Shown here: piece after piece, positions 1 to 11,289 of the stretch | Numbering within the stretch: position 1 is the stretch's first letter | Layout of the letters: each line of letters begins with the position of its first letter | Assembly: GCA_951406725.2 (NCBI GenBank) | Contig: OX597815.1 | Location: forward strand, 63,116,001-63,180,000 | Source of the DNA: Octopus vulgaris | Lineage: Eukaryota | Reading direction: 5' to 3' | DNA: 64,000 bases | The notes under the pieces: model-generated | The model's database searches: none | What the model saw: the letters and a program-made list of their open reading frames with translations, nothing else | Told to the model about the DNA's origin: nothing | Program-made: the position numbers and the translations under genes

Positions 1-162
1 GTGCGACTATGAAAGGTAAATTCACCACAATAGAAGCAAGGTTCGAGTCAACGGAGCGTGCAAGGGAGTACTCGACTCGAACTTGTAAAGTGGAAATATT
101 TTATATTTACCTTTATATCTGGGACGTAGGACGTCCCGGAAAAAAATTTATACATACATACA

Positions 163-340
163 TAGGGAGAATTCACAAAAAACAAAAGACGAAGACAGGT
201 AGTGTAGACAACAAACAGATGTATTAGTATAACGCGCTCGGAAAGTGAAAAAGTATTTAACGTTTCGAACTTACGTTCTCCACAGAAAGGAACACAGAAA
301 GAAACAATGAGAAAAAATAAAGAATGTATAGTGGCTAGCG
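163..340 (-). mobile_element. Penelope-type terminal-repeat module, family E (degenerate hammerhead motif at ~255-289)
   Basis: Seen: similar to 3657-3835, 51985-52190 (opposite strand) and 52677-52812. Inference: PLE origin from the embedded hammerhead-like motif. Confidence 0.6.
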
Positions 341-371
341 GTGTGTGTATGAGTTTGTGTGTTATATATAC

Positions 372-902
372 GAGGTGTGACCGTGCATAGACAGTGAAAG
401 TTGAGCTGAGAATCTGCATCAAATTTTGTCAAAAGCTTGACGATACCTGCTCAGAGGCCTATGCAAAGTTTTCAAAAAGTTTTCGTCGTTCTCGACACAA
501 TCAAGGAGATCTTATCCAACTGAAACTCGAGTGTGCTTTTGGTCAGCTGAAAGCTGTGCTGGCACAAACTTGACAGACACGCGTCTCATACCCAAATCTC
601 ACACCCAAACTACAGATAGTGATTCGACGATTTCCTCTCACAGCTACACGCTCATCTGAGATGCTTTTCTCAGTTCTGCTGTTCGTCAATATGGACATTT
701 TTCGGCCATCTTGGAAACGTCTGAACCACTATGCACTCGTGTGCAGCTCATACACTCCTCTCCAACCACTAGATCGTTAAATTTCAGTGCGCATGCACAG
801 CAGAGTTTTAAGGTCAATCTTTGCCAAGCGGCTTTATTCTGCGTGCTTTAGCTTCGTTACTATGACAACAGTCCGGATACTTATTGATCAGATCCCTACA
901 TA
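372..902 (+). mobile_element. Non-autonomous mariner derivative (N-terminal transposase fragment plus long right terminal repeat)
   Basis: Seen: + strand 400-480 encodes LRICIKFCQKLDDTCSEAYAKFSK (mariner N-terminal HTH-like). 780-900 matches 42080-42205, ending in a ...GATACTTATTGATCAGA.. TIR-like end next to TA. Confidence 0.7.
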
Positions 903-1490
903 TAAGTTTAAAAATATATAGTAAATGCACAAGCGAAAAACAGACGAAGGTCCCCAAATCGTCATCAGTTATCAACCAATAAGTCTGGCGCAATTTCGTG
1001 ACTTTAACGAAAGAGCTGCAGGGAACATGGCACCGGTAACAGACAAACAATGCATGGATAACAAGTGATAGAGAAGTGAACATACGAAAATGAATAACTG
1101 TAATTCAAGACGAGATCGTTAGTGGACGGACGAGGGACAAAGACGAAATTTGGGACCTTCTCTTTCTTTTTCCATTCGTCTGTGCATTTACTCTTATTTT
1201 TACTTGCCGTCCTTTGTCTTCCTTAAGTTTGTACATTTTTTAACTTATTAATTACCGGAACACAACGCACCTATGCTATTTTTATGTGTGTGTGTGTTTG
1301 TGTATGTGTGTGTGTGGGTGTGTATTTGTCCTCCTACAACCATTGTTGGTGTGTTTGCATCCCCCGTAAATTAAAAAATAAGTTTTGGGGTGGATTCATT
1401 AGACTAAAGAAAATCTTCAATGCGGTGCCCCAGTATGGCCTCAGTTTAATAACTGAAACAAGTACAAGATAAAAGATATATATATGTATA

Positions 1491-1893
1491 TAAGGTTGTC
1501 TGATAAATTCGTTCGGTTTTTTTTTCCTTATTAGTTTTAATCCATATTTTTCATCAATAGTCAATAATATATTCTCCTTTTCTTCTTTGTCGACGTTCCT
1601 CCAGATTGTCAATGCCTTTACAGTAGAAATCACTGGCACTTGACTCGAAGAATTCATGAAGCCACGTTTTTAGCTCCATGTCGTTGTTGAACGAAACACT
1701 TCACAGATTGGTGAAGAGAGGTCGAAAAATATAATAATCTGAAGGTGCTATATCAGGAGAATATGCTGGATGCGAAAGAACTTCCTAACCGAGCCCTTGA
1801 TTAGAACTTTTGAATAGGTTAAAACTATTGATGAAAAACCTGGCTTAAAACTAACGGGTGGGGGAAAACGAACGAATTTATCTGACGACCCTT
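1491..1893 (-). mobile_element. Internally deleted mariner with both terminal inverted repeats
   Basis: Seen: AGGTTGTCTGATAAATTCGTTCG at ~1493 and its inverse CGAACGAATTTATCTGACGACCCT at ~1869-1892, with ~70-bp imperfect arms flanked by TA. Minus strand encodes EVLSHPAYSPDIAPSDYYIFR, the mariner YSPDLAPSD motif. Confidence 0.85.
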
Positions 1894-1950
1894 TATATGT
1901 ATATGTGTATGTGTATATATATATGTAAATATATATATATGTATATATTA

Positions 1951-2165
1951 TCTTTTACATATTTCAGTCATTCGGCTGCGGTCTGCTGAGACACCAACTT
2001 GAAGAATTTCTGTAGTCGAATGAATCGATTCAAGAACTTATTTGTTAAATCTGCTACTTATTCTATCGGTCTTCTTGCCGAACCGCTAGGTTACGGGGAC
2101 GCAAACACACCAAAGCCGGTCATCATGCAGTGGTGGTGGTGAAACAAACACAGGCATAAAGACAC
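1951..2165 (-). mobile_element. SINE family A, 3' half
   Basis: Seen: matches the 3' half of the full copy at 31416-31820. Confidence 0.8.
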
Positions 2166-2453
2166 ACACATAGATATATATATATATATATCGTTGTTAT
2201 TATTTTAACTGTTGTATATCCAAATTTGGCCAAATGCCGTTTTTTGCAATATTTATTTTTGCTTGCAAAGCCGGTCCTTTTTGTCAAGGTATCGTATCTC
2301 CAGCTGCTTCAGATGCCAAGATATAAAATATGTCAAAGTTGTAGTACAACGGTTTTACTAATGTGGAAAGAAATGGAATGGAGAAACTATTGTTTTGTTT
2401 TCTGTAAAAGCAACGTTTTGGACTTACGACACTTTTGCATAATAACAACGACA

Positions 2454-2494
<41 letters not shown>

Positions 2495-2554
2495 ATAAAA
2501 AATTACTTGGAGAAATAAGAAAGTGACGCGAGGCGTCCAATCATATAATAACAA

Positions 2555-2900
2555 TTTAACAATTAAAACATATGCATACATACATACATATATGTACATA
2601 CCTACATCTATATGTATATATACATGCATATATATATGAGTACAGGACACCACAAATAAACGTAGAACACAACGAGAAACGAAAACATAAAATCAAACAA
2701 GGAAACGGACTTTTTTTAACAACGAAAAAACAGAGTACAAGACAAACAATACAAGGAATATTCCCCTTCATCAGCTGCCCCTGGTTCGACTCAATGCGTG
2801 TTTCGAAGCTAAGGGCAGAACACGATCCGGCCGAAACAATCCTTCCTGCAAAATGAATTAAATAAAATTCTTTTGCAGAGGGGTAAAAAAAAAAGACAAG
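2555..2900. repeat. Dispersed repeat family G (probably Penelope-terminal derived)
   Basis: Seen: AAAACATATGCATAC...TACCTAC.TCTA.ATGTA...GAGTACAGGACACCA recurs at 47060-47270 and 48325-48540. Confidence 0.6.
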
Positions 2901-3266
2901 AACAGGACGTAACAGCAATACAATTAAATAAAAATACAGTACACATAAAGAATAAAAACAGGACAAGGAAACCACCAATAAGGGCTTTTTTAAACCTAGA
3001 CGGTAGAAAAATTCGTTGGAACGCAGTTCAGAAGATCGACTTGCTGGAGACAAGAAGAAAGTCGATGTTGACTTGTTGAAAGCAGCGAAGAGAAAGGAAG
3101 TTTAGTAGTCCGGTCAGCGGCCAGAGAGAGGAGGAGTGAGAGAGAGAGAGGAAAAGAAACCAGAAAGGGTGAAAAATAAGGAGAGAGACAGGTAGAGAGG
3201 AAGACAGACAGGCAGGAAGGAAAGGTCAAGTAAAGAGTTGAGAGTGCGCGTCATAATTACACCCAC

Positions 3267-3359
<93 letters not shown>

Positions 3360-3410
3360 ACAACTACGAACTAATATAGTTCTTAAATTTGATAGAAACT
3401 GGGAGGCTAA

Positions 3411-3480
3411 TTTGCTGGTGTAATGGTAACACGCTTAGTCGCGTTAACAAAGAGATGTGGGTTCGAGTCCCACGCAGACA
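3411..3480 (+). pseudogene. tRNA-like sequence (pseudo-tRNA or SINE head)
   Basis: Seen: D-arm GTGT-AATGGTA-ACAC, T-arm GTGGG-TTCGAGT-CCCAC and partial acceptor stem TTTGC/GCAGA. No proper anticodon arm. Confidence 0.55.
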
Positions 3481-3656
3481 GGAAAGCCTACATCTTTCTG
3501 TCGAGGGCTTATATGCCCCATTATTAGACTGTTTTTCTTAGTCAGTGCACGGTGATCGCAATGAGCTTTAGGCTTATATAAATATTATTATTATTTACAG
3601 GATTGTAAAACCCGGCACGTATAACAAAACCATCCGCACCGAAAGTATATATATAT

Positions 3657-3831
3657 AGGGGAAGAATTCACAAAAAAAAAAAGCAAAAACAAAAGACGAA
3701 ATCAGGTGTTGTAGACAACAAACACATGTATTAGTATAACGCTCGGGAGCGAAAAAGTCTTTAACGTTTCGAGCCTACGCTCTTCCACAGAAAGAAACAA
3801 GGAGAGAAAATAAAGAATGTGTGGTGGCTAG

Positions 3832-3835
<4 letters not shown>
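3657..3835 (-). mobile_element. Penelope-type terminal-repeat module, family E
   Basis: Seen: family E copy flanked by (TA)n, containing a hammerhead-like motif at 3759-3794. Confidence 0.65.
3759..3794 (-). ncRNA. Variant minimal type-I hammerhead ribozyme motif
   Basis: Seen (reverse complement): cttt-CTGTGGA-A-GAGC-gtag-GCTC-GAAA-CG-TT-aaag. Stem I cttt/aaag, stem II GAGC/GCTC, palindromic ACGT in place of stem III. Core differs from CUGANGA. Confidence 0.55.
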
Positions 3836-3902
<67 letters not shown>

Positions 3903-3929
3903 CAGACAGACAGGGTGTGTCAATTCAGC

Positions 3930-4475
3930 GGCATGGAAGCGAGTGTTGTATTGCTAAAGAAGCCGATTAGGTCGTCTGAACCCTCCCCACAGACAGAAGA
4001 TAACGGATGACGATATGATAGAAGTATTCTATCTGCTGGGTAATTTCCAAGTTGATTAGCGCGACTTCTTGTGAATGAGCCCGTTCAATCACTCTGTATT
4101 CAGCTGAACAAGTTGGCTGGAACGCGGGAAGTCTGTGAGATCGAATTTCCCCTTCCTGAAGCAAGAAAACCATTTCTGTGTAGTTCTTTCTATAATACCA
4201 CTTCTTCCGTACACAGCACAAATTTCTCGAGTGGATTTCGTAATTTGGGAACCATGATCGAAAGCAAAGAGTAGCAGGTGCCGAAAATTCTCATTTGTTT
4301 TTTTCTTCTACTTGGTACACCAACGTCATAGGTCTGAAGTGAAAGAAAATTTATTCAAATTTCAGAAAAGAACAGCTAAAAGAAAAAAAGTCACAAAACA
4401 CTACGATAAAAAATAGTCTGCACGTTAATTTGAATACTACTGGAAGGAAACGAACGAATTTTTGTGACGATGCTA
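3930..4475 (-). mobile_element. Mariner transposase 5' remnant with TIR
   Basis: Seen: minus strand from ~4295 encodes ENFRHLLLFAFDHGSQITKSTREICAVYGRSGIIERTTQKWFSCFRKGKFDLTDFPRS then stops (mariner HTH). The TIR-like AAACGAACGAATTT at ~4448 resembles that of 1491-1893. Confidence 0.85.
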
Positions 4476-4549
4476 TATATATATATATAATTTATATATG
4501 TATATACATGCATATATATGTATATATATATACGCACATCCATCCATTC

Positions 4550-4585
<36 letters not shown>

Positions 4586-4814
4586 ATATATATACACACA
4601 TAACACACACATACATTCCCATATATCAATATATATCAATGTGAGTGTGTGTGTGTATGTGTTTGTGTGTTTATGTGCGTACATATATAGATATATACGT
4701 AGATAGATTGATACATTTACAGATATATACATATATACATATATATGCAAATATGCATATACATACATAAATATATATATATATACACGTACATACATAC
4801 ATACATATATATAC

Positions 4815-4862
<48 letters not shown>

Positions 4863-5362
4863 GAGTCTGTCGCCATACCTATCCTCTTGAATTTGTCATC
4901 CACCTAACCTCCTAATCCACCACAAAAGTATTATCACATGAGAGATAACAGTAATTATCACATCTGCCTCTCAATGTCTTTTAAATAACTCTATATCACG
5001 TTTATACGCCTCGATTACGTCTAGATTCGCACAACCAGGCGACTGATCACGAAATGTCGATGGAGAAGTAGCAAAACTTCCATTTTATCTGCAGCGCCGC
5101 TTCCTGTATGCGTGCGCATATCTTTAGCCTACGATAACGAGCGAAAGCGAGAGAAAGAAAGAGACTGAGTGCGACGCGATTGCATCATTCCTCCAGGTTC
5201 AATGAGGTTTTTATTATTTAGCATTTTTTGTTTTACCTCTTTGTTATTTATTTTCAATTTCTTTCACGCACACGCATCCAGTCATCCATGTATACACACA
5301 TACATACATACACACATACATACATAAGTACATACATATATATATATATACACATGTGTGTT

Positions 5363-5393
<31 letters not shown>

Positions 5394-5672
5394 AAGTATA
5401 TGTATATAATTTGTTTGTATGGTTTTGAAATCTTATCAGCTTTTCATTTTGAATGAATATCTAACTAACATGGCGGCTTGATTATGTGCGTAAGTATGTG
5501 TGAAAGGGTGTATGTCAGCATGTTTGATAGTGAAATGCGTTTGTGTACGTGTGTGCATGTCGTAGCAGATAATAGAAAGGAGAAAAGGTAACTGTGTTTT
5601 CAAATATATATGTGTATAGTTACGTGTGTGTGTGTATAATCGTAGAATGCTTACAAACATACATGTTTGAAT

Positions 5673-5704
<32 letters not shown>

Positions 5705-6020
5705 TGTGTATCATTATGTCATTATAGAAACTTATCAAGGATCCTTAGAGCAAACTGTTTTTGATATCCATACATATATAAGCATACATCAACGTATATA
5801 TATTTTCACATTTATAAGCATTTGTACATGGCTATGTAAATATGTAGTCTATGTATATATATATATATATATTGAATACATATAATTGTGCATATATAAA
5901 TATGTGTGTGTGTGCGCGCGTATGGATACATATAAATGCTCATATATATATATATGCATATTTACGTATATATGTATGTATATATATGTATATATTTATG
6001 TATATATGATATATACATAC

Positions 6021-6083
<63 letters not shown>

Positions 6084-6380
6084 TATATATTTACATACAC
6101 ACGCATACATACATCCATCAATACATACATACATACATAAATACATAAACATGCATAAATGTACACATACAAAGCAATATTGTGAATGTGTTGTGAAGCT
6201 GAACCATTTCCGTAAGGTTTCTGGAGTAGAAATCACTTCCTTTCAATAACAGAGCCTCAGTCCTTGGGTGGCGCCAGCTAGTGATGGTAACTTGCGATTA
6301 ATGCTAACATTAAATAACATGCACACACACGCACAAATATATATGTACACACATACATACACGCACACACACACACACAC

Positions 6381-6422
<42 letters not shown>

Positions 6423-7270
6423 TTGTATGTGTATATATGTGTTTGCGTAGACATTTATATTATGTATATATATGTGTGTCTGTGTGTGTGTGTGTTATAT
6501 TGTAATACATATACAGGCGTGTGTGTACGTGTTTGTATGTGTATGTACGTATACGGGTATATGTGAGTGAATATATGAGTTTTATATCTACATTACATAA
6601 CAAAATTTTTACACAAATTCTCTAATATACGAAAGTCATGACAGTTCAAGACCGTTATTTGACCTACTGAAATATGAAACCAAAACGATAGGTTCGTCAC
6701 CAATCTATATAAAGAGAACAATATACATAGCTGTTTGTATATCTATGTCTGGAGTAAAGTATGCCTTACTACTTTACATAATATACAAGTCAGAATATGT
6801 TGAAATTAAATTTCGTGAAGAGGTCATATTTATGAGCATTAATGATATGTTTTATCACGAATATCAAGGGAGAGAACCTCGAAAATAATATTGGCTTGAA
6901 ATGTTCATCAATACGACATTGCTTTAATTGTAGATGAGAAAACTTGTGCTATTATGATGCTCAGCAGTACATTTAGCTTTGAAATATTTCATTTGAATAC
7001 AAATTAAATAAATATATATTCTCATATATGAATGTAGGTACACGTATATATAATGCTGCATTAAACATTAACACACTCATATATAGAGGTACATACACAC
7101 AAACATGGAGGTGTATGTGTATATGGGTGTGTGTGTGTGTGAGTATGAATTCGTGCGTGTGTCTGTCTGTGCGTACGTATATGTATACATGTCAATATAT
7201 TAAACCATCCAAAAGTCTATATTTCTGCATACATAAAGAAATGTATAGATGTATGTATATAAATGTGTGC

Positions 7271-7309
<39 letters not shown>

Positions 7310-7393
7310 CACAAAGACACGCATACGTGAATATATATATAAATACATGCTTACATACATACATACATACATACATATATACATGCATAATAC

Positions 7394-7434
<41 letters not shown>

Positions 7435-7449
7435 TTATTTTATAGAAGG

Positions 7450-7500
7450 AGCTTCTACAGGACTAGAACTGTTTCATTCAAATGAAATCATCAGGAAGCT
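7450..7500 (-). ncRNA. Type-I hammerhead ribozyme motif
   Basis: Seen: exact reverse complement of 8500-8550. Confidence 0.75.
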
Positions 7501-8035
7501 TGGTGCCAAGAATAGTTTTGGCATTTATACATTTAGGCAGATTTAAAGGGCTGGTGGTGGGGAGGCATATGCGTCTATATATGCGGGCAGATATTCATGT
7601 GTGTTTATGTGTACTGAAGTACATTTATATATGTGGTTTTGTGTGTACATAGTTATGTGTACGTTTATGTGAAGGTCGGTACACTTATGTATGTATGAAT
7701 ATGTGTACTTGTGTGTGTATATGTATGTGTATACATAGAACATGTGCGTTTGTGTAGGTGTATGAGTGTGCGTGTGAGTGTATGAGTGTGTGTGTGAGTG
7801 TGTGTGTGTGTGAGTGTGAGTGTGTGTGTGTGTGTGTGAGTGTTTGTGTTCGTATCCGTGGGAAGAGAGATTGAAATGTAGGGAGAGGGGCAATAAATGG
7901 TTTTCATTTAGGCCGGCTAGCTCCCTGGGGAGGGTCGACTTTAGCGCCGGGTTGGTAGGTCGAGGTCAAAATAAAAATAAAAATAAAAATAAAATAAGGG
8001 AGGAAATGTGCGTGTATATGTGTGCATGTATACAC

Positions 8036-8117
<82 letters not shown>

Positions 8118-8499
8118 ATATATGTGTATATATATGTGTGTGTGTGTATGGGTGTGTATATTCTTTTATATATACGTGTGTATATATATATATGTGTGTG
8201 TGTGTGTATGTATGAGTATGTGTATGTGTGTGTACGTATATATATGTATGTATATATATGTATATATATATATGTATGTGTGTATATGTATGTATATATA
8301 TATATAAGTGATAGTCTTCTTATTTACCTAAAACTCTATTCTATTATTCTATTTATTCATTTATCTACTTTATCACTGATTCTTTTGATCACTCCCCTAA
8401 GAAAGACAGTTTGCGCCATGCCGACCCCAAAAAAGTCCCCCACCACCACCCCTTTAAATCTGCCTAAATGTATAAATGCCAAAACTATTCTTGACACCA

Positions 8500-8550
8500 A
8501 GCTTCCTGATGATTTCATTTGAATGAAACAGTTCTAGTCCTGTAGAAGCT
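8500..8550 (+). ncRNA. Type-I hammerhead ribozyme motif
   Basis: Seen: stem I AGCTTC/GAAGCT, CTGATGA (8506-8512), stem II TTC-attt-GAA, GAAA (8525-8528), stem III ACAG/CTGT, and a GUA cleavage triplet ending at 8544. Confidence 0.75.
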
Positions 8551-8657
8551 CCTTCTATAAAATAAATTAATTTACTCTGCTATGTATTGAGTACCTTATT
8601 TACTGTGGTTAACCCCGACTCAACCCGGGACCTACATATATATATATATATATATAT

Positions 8658-8818
8658 ACAACGAGCTTCTTCCAGTTTCCGCCACCACACCTACTCACAA
8701 GGCTTCGGTCAGCCCGAAACTATAGTAGAAAACACCTCCCAGAGGTGCCACGCAGTGGTACTGAACTTAGAACCATGTGTTTGGCAAGCAAGTTTCTTAT
8801 CACGCAGCCATACTTGCA
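8658..8818 (-). mobile_element. SINE family A, 5' half
   Basis: Seen: matches the tRNA-like head and core of 31416-31580. Confidence 0.8.
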
Positions 8819-8854
8819 ATACATATATTTATACATACATATATACTTATACAC

Positions 8855-8906
<52 letters not shown>

Positions 8907-9004
8907 CAATATATACATATACATACACGCACATAATTATATGCATATAAATATACTTGCAAACACATACATGCATACATACATGCACACATACACATAC
9001 ATAC

Positions 9005-9085
9005 ACACATACATACATACATACATACATACATACATACATACATACATACATACATACATACATACATACATACATACATACA

Positions 9086-9113
<28 letters not shown>
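9005..9113. repeat. (CATA)n microsatellite
   Basis: Seen directly. Confidence 0.95.
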
Positions 9114-9116
<3 letters not shown>

Positions 9117-9274
9117 GCGAGGTGGAACCATAATTGAATATCAAGTTAGCAATTATATCCAATTTTCTAAAATCTTGGTACTCACTTGCTCTCATCAGGT
9201 TGGTCAGAAGTAGGAGGGTCGCGGCAAGTAGTTATATGGCGAATTAGTACATGTACCCAACGTCCACGCAAACA

Positions 9275-9306
<32 letters not shown>

Positions 9307-9507
9307 TCGTTGCACAAATACTTAAAAACCATAACGCCTACGCAAGCATTTAGTTCTTGGACTGGCAGTTCTCTTCGATTTCCGTATGCATAACTGGGTT
9401 ACAGACACGTTTCCGGTTACATTCACCAAGCTTAAAATATATTATATGTGTATGTAATGTATATGTGTGTTTGTATGCGTGTGCCAGTGTATGTAGAAAT
9501 ATATGTA

Positions 9508-9567
<60 letters not shown>

Positions 9568-9668
9568 TCAGTAATATGGTTACATATATATATATATATA
9601 TATATACCTATACACATACATATATCTATACACACAGAGAGACACACGCATGCACATACACACACACA

Positions 9669-9724
<56 letters not shown>

Positions 9725-9746
9725 AGAGAGAGAGAGAGAGAGAGAG

Positions 9747-9777
<31 letters not shown>

Positions 9778-9778
9778 A

Positions 9779-9945
9779 AGTGCAGGTGTGGCTGTGTGGT
9801 AAGAACCTTGCTTCCCAACCACATGATTCCTGGTTCGGTACCACTCCCTCGCAACTTTGGCAGGTGTCTTCTATTATAGCCTCTGGTCTACCAAAGACTT
9901 GTGAGTGAATTTGGTAGATAGAAACTGAAAAGAACCCCGTCGTGT
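9779..9945 (+). mobile_element. SINE family A, 5' half
   Basis: Seen: TGGCTGTGTGGTAAG (A box), GGTTCGGTACC (B-box-like) and the family core ending GAAACTGAAAAGAACCCCGTCG. Confidence 0.8.
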
Positions 9946-9970
9946 ACGTGTGTTTGTGTGTACGTGTGTA

Positions 9971-10016
<46 letters not shown>

Positions 10017-10166
10017 TATAAATGACTTTTCTCTGAGATTTATTTAACGAAGCGACAATACTTTCTGCGTTATGTATGAATGTATATATGCCCTTTTCAG
10101 ACATTTTGAACGACACATACGCTAAGCCAGTCAGATGCTTGGGTGAGAATTCTTTGCCTATCAATA

Positions 10167-10363
<197 letters not shown>

Positions 10364-10462
10364 AGGAATTCAAATTTACATTTGAGCCTTTTTGTCCACA
10401 ATTCCATGATCGTTGCACGTCTTCACTTAGCACATGTTCGTGTACATTATATATAAACGTGT

Positions 10463-10980
10463 AAGGCGACGAGCTGGCAGAAACGTTAGCGCGCCGGGGT
10501 CAAATTCCGCCGAGGTCGACTTTGCCTTTCATCCTTTTGGGGTCGATAAATTAAGTACCAGTTGCGCACTGGTGTCGATGTAATCGACTTGATCCGTTTG
10601 TCCTCTCTGTGCTTAACCCCTTATGGGTAGTAAAGAAATAGGTATTTCGTCTGTCTTAAAGTTCTGAATTCAAATTCCGCCGAGGTCGACTTTGCCTTTC
10701 ATCCTATCGGAGTCGATTAAATAAGTACCTGTTACGCACTGGAGTCGATATAATCGACTTAATCCGTTTGTCTGTCCCTGTTTGTCCTCTCTGTACTTAG
10801 CTCCTTATGGGTAGTAAAGAAATAAGTATTTCGTCTGTCTTTACGTTTTGAGTTCAAATTCCGCCGAGGTCGTCTTCGCCTTTCATCCTTTCGGGGCCGA
10901 TAAATTAAGTACCAGTTGCGTACTGGGTCGATCTAATCGACTGGCTCCCTCCCCCAAAATTTGTTCCTAGAGTTGAAAAG
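10463..10980 (+). mobile_element. SINE family B tandem trimer with 17-bp TSD
   Basis: Seen: three units of TTCAAATTCCGCCGAGGTCGACTTTGCCTTTCATCC..GGGGTCGATAAATTAAGTACC. ATTATATATAAACGTGT is present at 10446-10462 and 10981-10997. Confidence 0.9.
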
Positions 10981-11289
10981 ATTATATATAAACGTGTGTG
11001 TTTGAGAGTGTGTGTGTGTGTTCGCGCGCGCACGCATTATTTTTAATTATTTGAAATTTCTGTCTGAGGAAGCAGTTGGATACTAACAAAGATAAACTCC
11101 GTCGCTGGAGTGTAAATAACTAAATCAAATTCACATTTCATACTTGAGGAAAGTATATTTTTACGGTTTCGTTTACACCTAACGATGGTTATTATTTTTT
11201 ATTTTTTATTTTTTCGTTTCTGAAAACTCTAGCTTACTCCGATTGTCACTTAGCCATTTACTCACAAAACACAGTGCACGAATTATTTT

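Larger units (their letters stand above)
7436..8635. mobile_element. Non-coding Penelope-type element with ~128-bp inverted terminal arms
   Basis: Seen: 7436-7563 is the reverse complement of 8437-8566, with about two mismatches by eye. Each arm carries a hammerhead; the interior is mostly microsatellite; (TA)n lies on both sides. Confidence 0.75.

Noticed and set aside
2760-2825. Minus-strand GAAAC...CTGATGA in family G (type II hammerhead?)
   Set aside because: No consistent stems I and III could be drawn. The same holds for CTGATGA or CTGACGA at ~9197, ~23809, ~24323, ~47773 and ~61246.
3411-3480. Functional tRNA gene
   Set aside because: Anticodon arm and acceptor stem are not canonical; kept only as tRNA-like.
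10463-10980. Regularly spaced repeats resembling a CRISPR array
   Set aside because: Units are ~180-bp SINE copies with no unique spacers or cas genes, in eukaryotic context.
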